A stretch of 25,331 nucleotides of DNA from Macrostomum lignano (lineage: Eukaryota), in assembly GCA_002269645.1 (NCBI GenBank), contig NIVC01003256.1, positions 1-25,331 on the forward strand, written 5' to 3'. The position numbers were made by a program, and so were the translations under genes. Below the pieces are notes generated by a model. The model ran no database searches, was not told where the DNA came from, and saw nothing but the letters and a program-made list of their open reading frames with translations. Positions 21,704 to 25,331 of the stretch are shown piece after piece (position 1 is the first letter of the stretch; each line of letters begins with the position of its first letter).

Positions 21704-21786
21704 CTGTAATGTGTTTAATTGAAAATGCAGGTAGCATAAGAATAGTGCGCAATAGGTACTGTTCTGAATATCTCATAACTACTTAC

Positions 21787-21792
21787 CTTTGA
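21787..21792 (-). CDS. Candidate 6-nt microexon (TCAAAG, Ser-Lys) of the coiled-coil gene
   Basis: Long (TTTA)n pyrimidine tract, ggacAG acceptor, consensus AAG|GTAAGT donor. Phase 0/0 like the flanking exons. Confidence 0.45.
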
Positions 21793-21944
21793 CTGTCCGT
21801 TTGAAAGTAAAATAAATAAATCAATAAATAAATAAATAAATAAAAATGTTCGCAGGAGAGATGTGGATTGCGTGAGACAATGCCTTCGGCGACATCGTAC
21901 AACCAGCGATGAGGCAATCCTGCCCATTCCACTGACTCCTGAGC

Positions 21945-22428
<484 letters not shown>

Positions 22429-22532
22429 AGCGCACGAATACTGTACGCAGACATACACTCACACACACGCTCACACAGGGTGTACATCGGCCCTGACTGT
22501 CTAATCGTCAGGCGTGTACACTCTGCGCCTTG
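22429..22532. repeat. Dispersed ~105-bp hairpin-containing repeat, copy 2
   Basis: cactcacacacacgctcacacagggtgtacatcggccctgac...aatcgtcaggcgtgtacactctgcgccttg. Confidence 0.8.
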
Positions 22533-22536
22533 GGGG

Positions 22537-22801
22537 GGGGGTTCACAAACTCGAAATTTCACAAGGTCGAAATTTCACATCGAAAACTCTAGCAAGGGAC
22601 TTCATAAGGTCCAAATTTCACATCGTAGAAAACTACTGCATAGTTCTTGTTAAGTTTTCGACGTGAAATTTCGAGCTTATGAAGTTTCGACCTTGTGAAA
22701 GTGGCTGCTATTTGAGTTTTCTACGTTGTGAACTTTCGACCTTATGAAGTCTCTTGCTAAAGTTTTCGGTGTTGTGAAATTTCGACCTTGTGAAAGCACC
22801 C
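22537..22801. mobile_element. MITE (~265 bp) with ~85-bp inverted arms and a 7-9-bp TSD (CCTTGGGGG); MULE-like
   Basis: ttcacaaggtcgaaatttcaca..tcgaaaactctagcaagggacttcataaggtc..gtagaaaact pairs with the reverse complement of 22715-22801. ccttggggg occurs at 22528-22536 and 22802-22810. Confidence 0.82.
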
Positions 22802-22990
22802 CCTTGGGGGACGGGTTGGTTAGCCCCTTAATGGTGACGAATCGTTCCATTAAGCCCTAAATAAATGTGCCTGCTAAGGGAATCGAATAAAATCACTAAT
22901 TTTTAGCGCCCTGCTCAACATAAAATCTGGTGTGAAAACGCCTTTGACACCAGAGATGCAATGGTTAGCTATATAATAAGCCAGACCAAC

Positions 22991-23248
22991 CTGTTTATCA
23001 GCCTCGGCCATTCGACGCTCCAATTCTTTAACAAAGGCCTGCTGCTTTTCAATAATACTGTCTTTAATCTCCAGCATGGCTGATAAGCCTTCGTCTGCAC
23101 TTGGATTGCTGTCATTGTTTGTCTGACTGCTAAGATTTGCCTGACAGCGGCATTTGGCCAATTTGGCTTTGATCTCGTCTAATGCTGTTTGAGTCTCCGT
23201 CAGGCTGGCTTGGAGCTGCTCGCACTTCGCCTCCGACTCGTTCTGTTC
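22991..23248 (-). CDS. Coiled-coil gene exon (EQNESEAKCEQLQASL...ELERRMAEADKQ)
   Basis: 258 nt open. Acceptor aaacAG, donor CAG|GTTGGT, phase 0/0. Confidence 0.87.
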
Positions 23249-23444
23249 CTGTTTGCCGAATTGTGGTGGGTTTTACTTTGTAAGCATATAATATTGTTTC
23301 TACTTTCAGTAGAATAAACAACAAAAGGCCACTATTATTAATTTTCATACTTAAAATTCATAATTGAAGTCTTGTGTTCTACTCAACAACAGATCTAGAT
23401 AGTCGCATCAAGTACCAAGAACTAAAACAACAACACGAACTCAC

Positions 23445-23571
23445 CTGTAACTGCAGCGTCTTCTCCAAATTCCTTTGCTGTTCATCTTTTAATCGTTCTT
23501 TTAAACTGGCATTAGCTGTCTGAGCAGTGGCCAATTCGGCTGTTAATCGTTGGACCTCTTCGTTGAGATCG
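23445..23571 (-). CDS. Coiled-coil gene exon (DLNEEVQRLTAELATAQ...LEKTLQLQ)
   Basis: Acceptor ttgccAG (phase 2), donor CAG|GTGAGT (phase 0). Confidence 0.87.
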
Positions 23572-23739
23572 CTGGCAATGCATTAGGTGGTAGTAGCTTG
23601 TATATATTAGGGTTTAGTTTAATCTAAACACAGAGCCAGCACTTTAGACTGAAGCTCCATAAGTTAAAAGACCTGACGCCAACTTATCTGAAGCCTGAAG
23701 GTCTGCTTGCTGCTTGAAGCTGCATTGCCTAAAGCCGGA

Positions 23740-24600
23740 AAACCTGAACCTGAAGCTACCCTATGTGAAGAAGAAACTTGAACCTACCCTACCTGAAGCA
23801 AATTACCAATTTAACCCGGTAAACCTGAGCCTACTAACCCCCACCCTTAAGCTATTCTCAATCTCAAATTAAAGCCGGTAAACCTGAAGCTAGACCCTAC
23901 CCTGAAGCTACCTACCCCACACTCAAGCTATTCTCAAATTAAAGCCGGTAAACCTGAAGCTACCTACCCTACCCTGAAGCTACCTACCCCACACTCAAGC
24001 TATTCTCAAATTAAAGCCGGTAAACCTGAAGCTACCTACCCCACACTCAAGCTATTCTCAAATTAAAGCCGGTAAACCTGAAGCTACCTACCCCCACCCT
24101 GAAGCTACCTACCCCCACCCTGAAGCTACCTACCCCCACCCTGAAGCTACCTACCCCCACCATGAAGCTACCTACCCCCACCTTGAAGCTACCTACCCCC
24201 ACCTTGAAGCTACCTACCCGCACTCCGAAGCTACCTACCCCCACCCTGAAGCTACCTACCCCCACCCTGAAGCTACCTACCCCCACCCTGAAGCTACCTA
24301 CCCCCACCCTGAAGCTACCTACCCGCACTGTGAAGCTACCTACCCCCACCCTGAAGCTACCTACCCTACCTGAAGCTATTCTCAAATTAAAGACGGTAAA
24401 CCAGAAGCTACCTACCCCCACCCTGAATCTACCTACCCCCACCCTGAAGCTACCTACCCTACCTGAAGCTATTCTCAAATTAAAGACGGTAAACCAGAAG
24501 CTACCTACCCCCACCCTGAATCTACCTACCCCCACCCTGAAGCTACCTACCCTACCTGAAGCTATTCTCAAATTAAAGACGGTAAACCTGAAGCTACCTA
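23740..24600. repeat. Composite minisatellite (21-bp ctgaagctacctacccccacc plus longer gctattctcaaattaaag(c/a)cggtaaac units)
   Basis: Tandem units that degenerate towards both ends. Confidence 0.96.
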
Positions 24601-24776
24601 CTCTTAATGCGGAATGCCTGAAACTACCGTACCCAACTGAAGTCTGAATATCTGAGGCAACCCTACAGTTACCTAAAGGCCTGAAGCTGCTAGAACCCAG
24701 AAGCTACAATCAATGCTGAAACTTCAAGAGGCAAAGTCTACTAACTAGACAAAATAAGTTAATAAAAGCCACTAAC

Positions 24777-25120
24777 CTAACCAACGCCGAGATGCTTCCA
24801 GTTCGGCAGAGCTCGCTCCAACAGCGCTGGCCGACGAAGTTGGCGGCACAGGCGGTCGCAACGGATGCAGGTGATGACCGCCAGGGACCAGGTGGGCGTA
24901 GCCGGCGGCGGTACAGGCGGAGGCGGAACAGCAGCCGCCTCCAGCGCTGCTGATATTCGGCCGGACTCACGCCCGGCGGCGGCGGATTCGAATAGAGAGA
25001 TGAGCCCGAGGAATGCTGGAGCAGCGGTGGCGACGCGATTTTTTGGCATTTTCATACGCTTGTATAGGATGGGGGATTTTGGTAGCTTGAAATCATGGGC
25101 TGTGGATCGGTGTAGCTGGA
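24777..25120 (-). other. GC-rich probable upstream exon(s) of the coiled-coil gene; frame unresolved
   Basis: GC-rich island ending in tandem donors GTTAGG/GTTAGT near 24775-24782. Two frames can join the next exon in phase 2 (…SSAELEASRR|C or …GSISALV|S). Confidence 0.5.
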
Positions 25121-25148
25121 GTCTGGATTCTTAATTCAGACAAAGGCT

Positions 25149-25151
25149 GAT

Positions 25152-25199
<48 letters not shown>

Positions 25200-25285
25200 G
25201 TATAGATAGGTAGATAGGATAGATAGAAGATAGATAGATAGATAGATAGATAGTGATAAATAGATAGATAGATAGATATATAGAT

Positions 25286-25329
<44 letters not shown>

Positions 25330-25331
25330 GT
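25149..25331. repeat. (GATA)n microsatellite running to the window end
   Basis: Direct inspection. Confidence 0.98.

Noticed and set aside
24047-24647. LKLPTPT and VGVGSFR repeat ORFs
   Set aside because: The 21-bp repeat unit is a multiple of 3 without stops. It lies in an intron and has no splice or start support.

Overview
AT-rich animal genomic DNA with GC-rich spliced exons. The (GACA)n/(GATA)n microsatellites and minisatellite-filled introns suggest an invertebrate, possibly a Macrostomum-like flatworm; this is inference only. There are three host genes: a spliced NDRG-family gene (+, exons 5981-10377), an intronless Chibby/CBY1 homologue (+, 16213-16599) and a long unidentified coiled-coil gene (-, exons 23571 to 17654, 5' end unresolved). 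Mobile elements: the 5' end of an LTR retrotransposon at the left edge (-), a dead RNase H-bearing LINE fragment, a decayed TIR element, a 2.6-kb CCC...GGG EnSpm/CACTA-like element and a MITE. Most long ORFs in the supplied track are tandem-repeat artefacts. Most notable observations: (1) three tandem 'LTR end + PBS' units plus extra tRNA-Leu complementarity in the LTR; (2) three hidden in-frame phase-2 cassette exons (27, 12 and 108 nt) in one NDRG loop; (3) three perfect heat-shock elements with no heat-shock gene nearby; (4) an unresolved or frameshifted NDRG start. All splice models were assembled by hand and need RNA confirmation.
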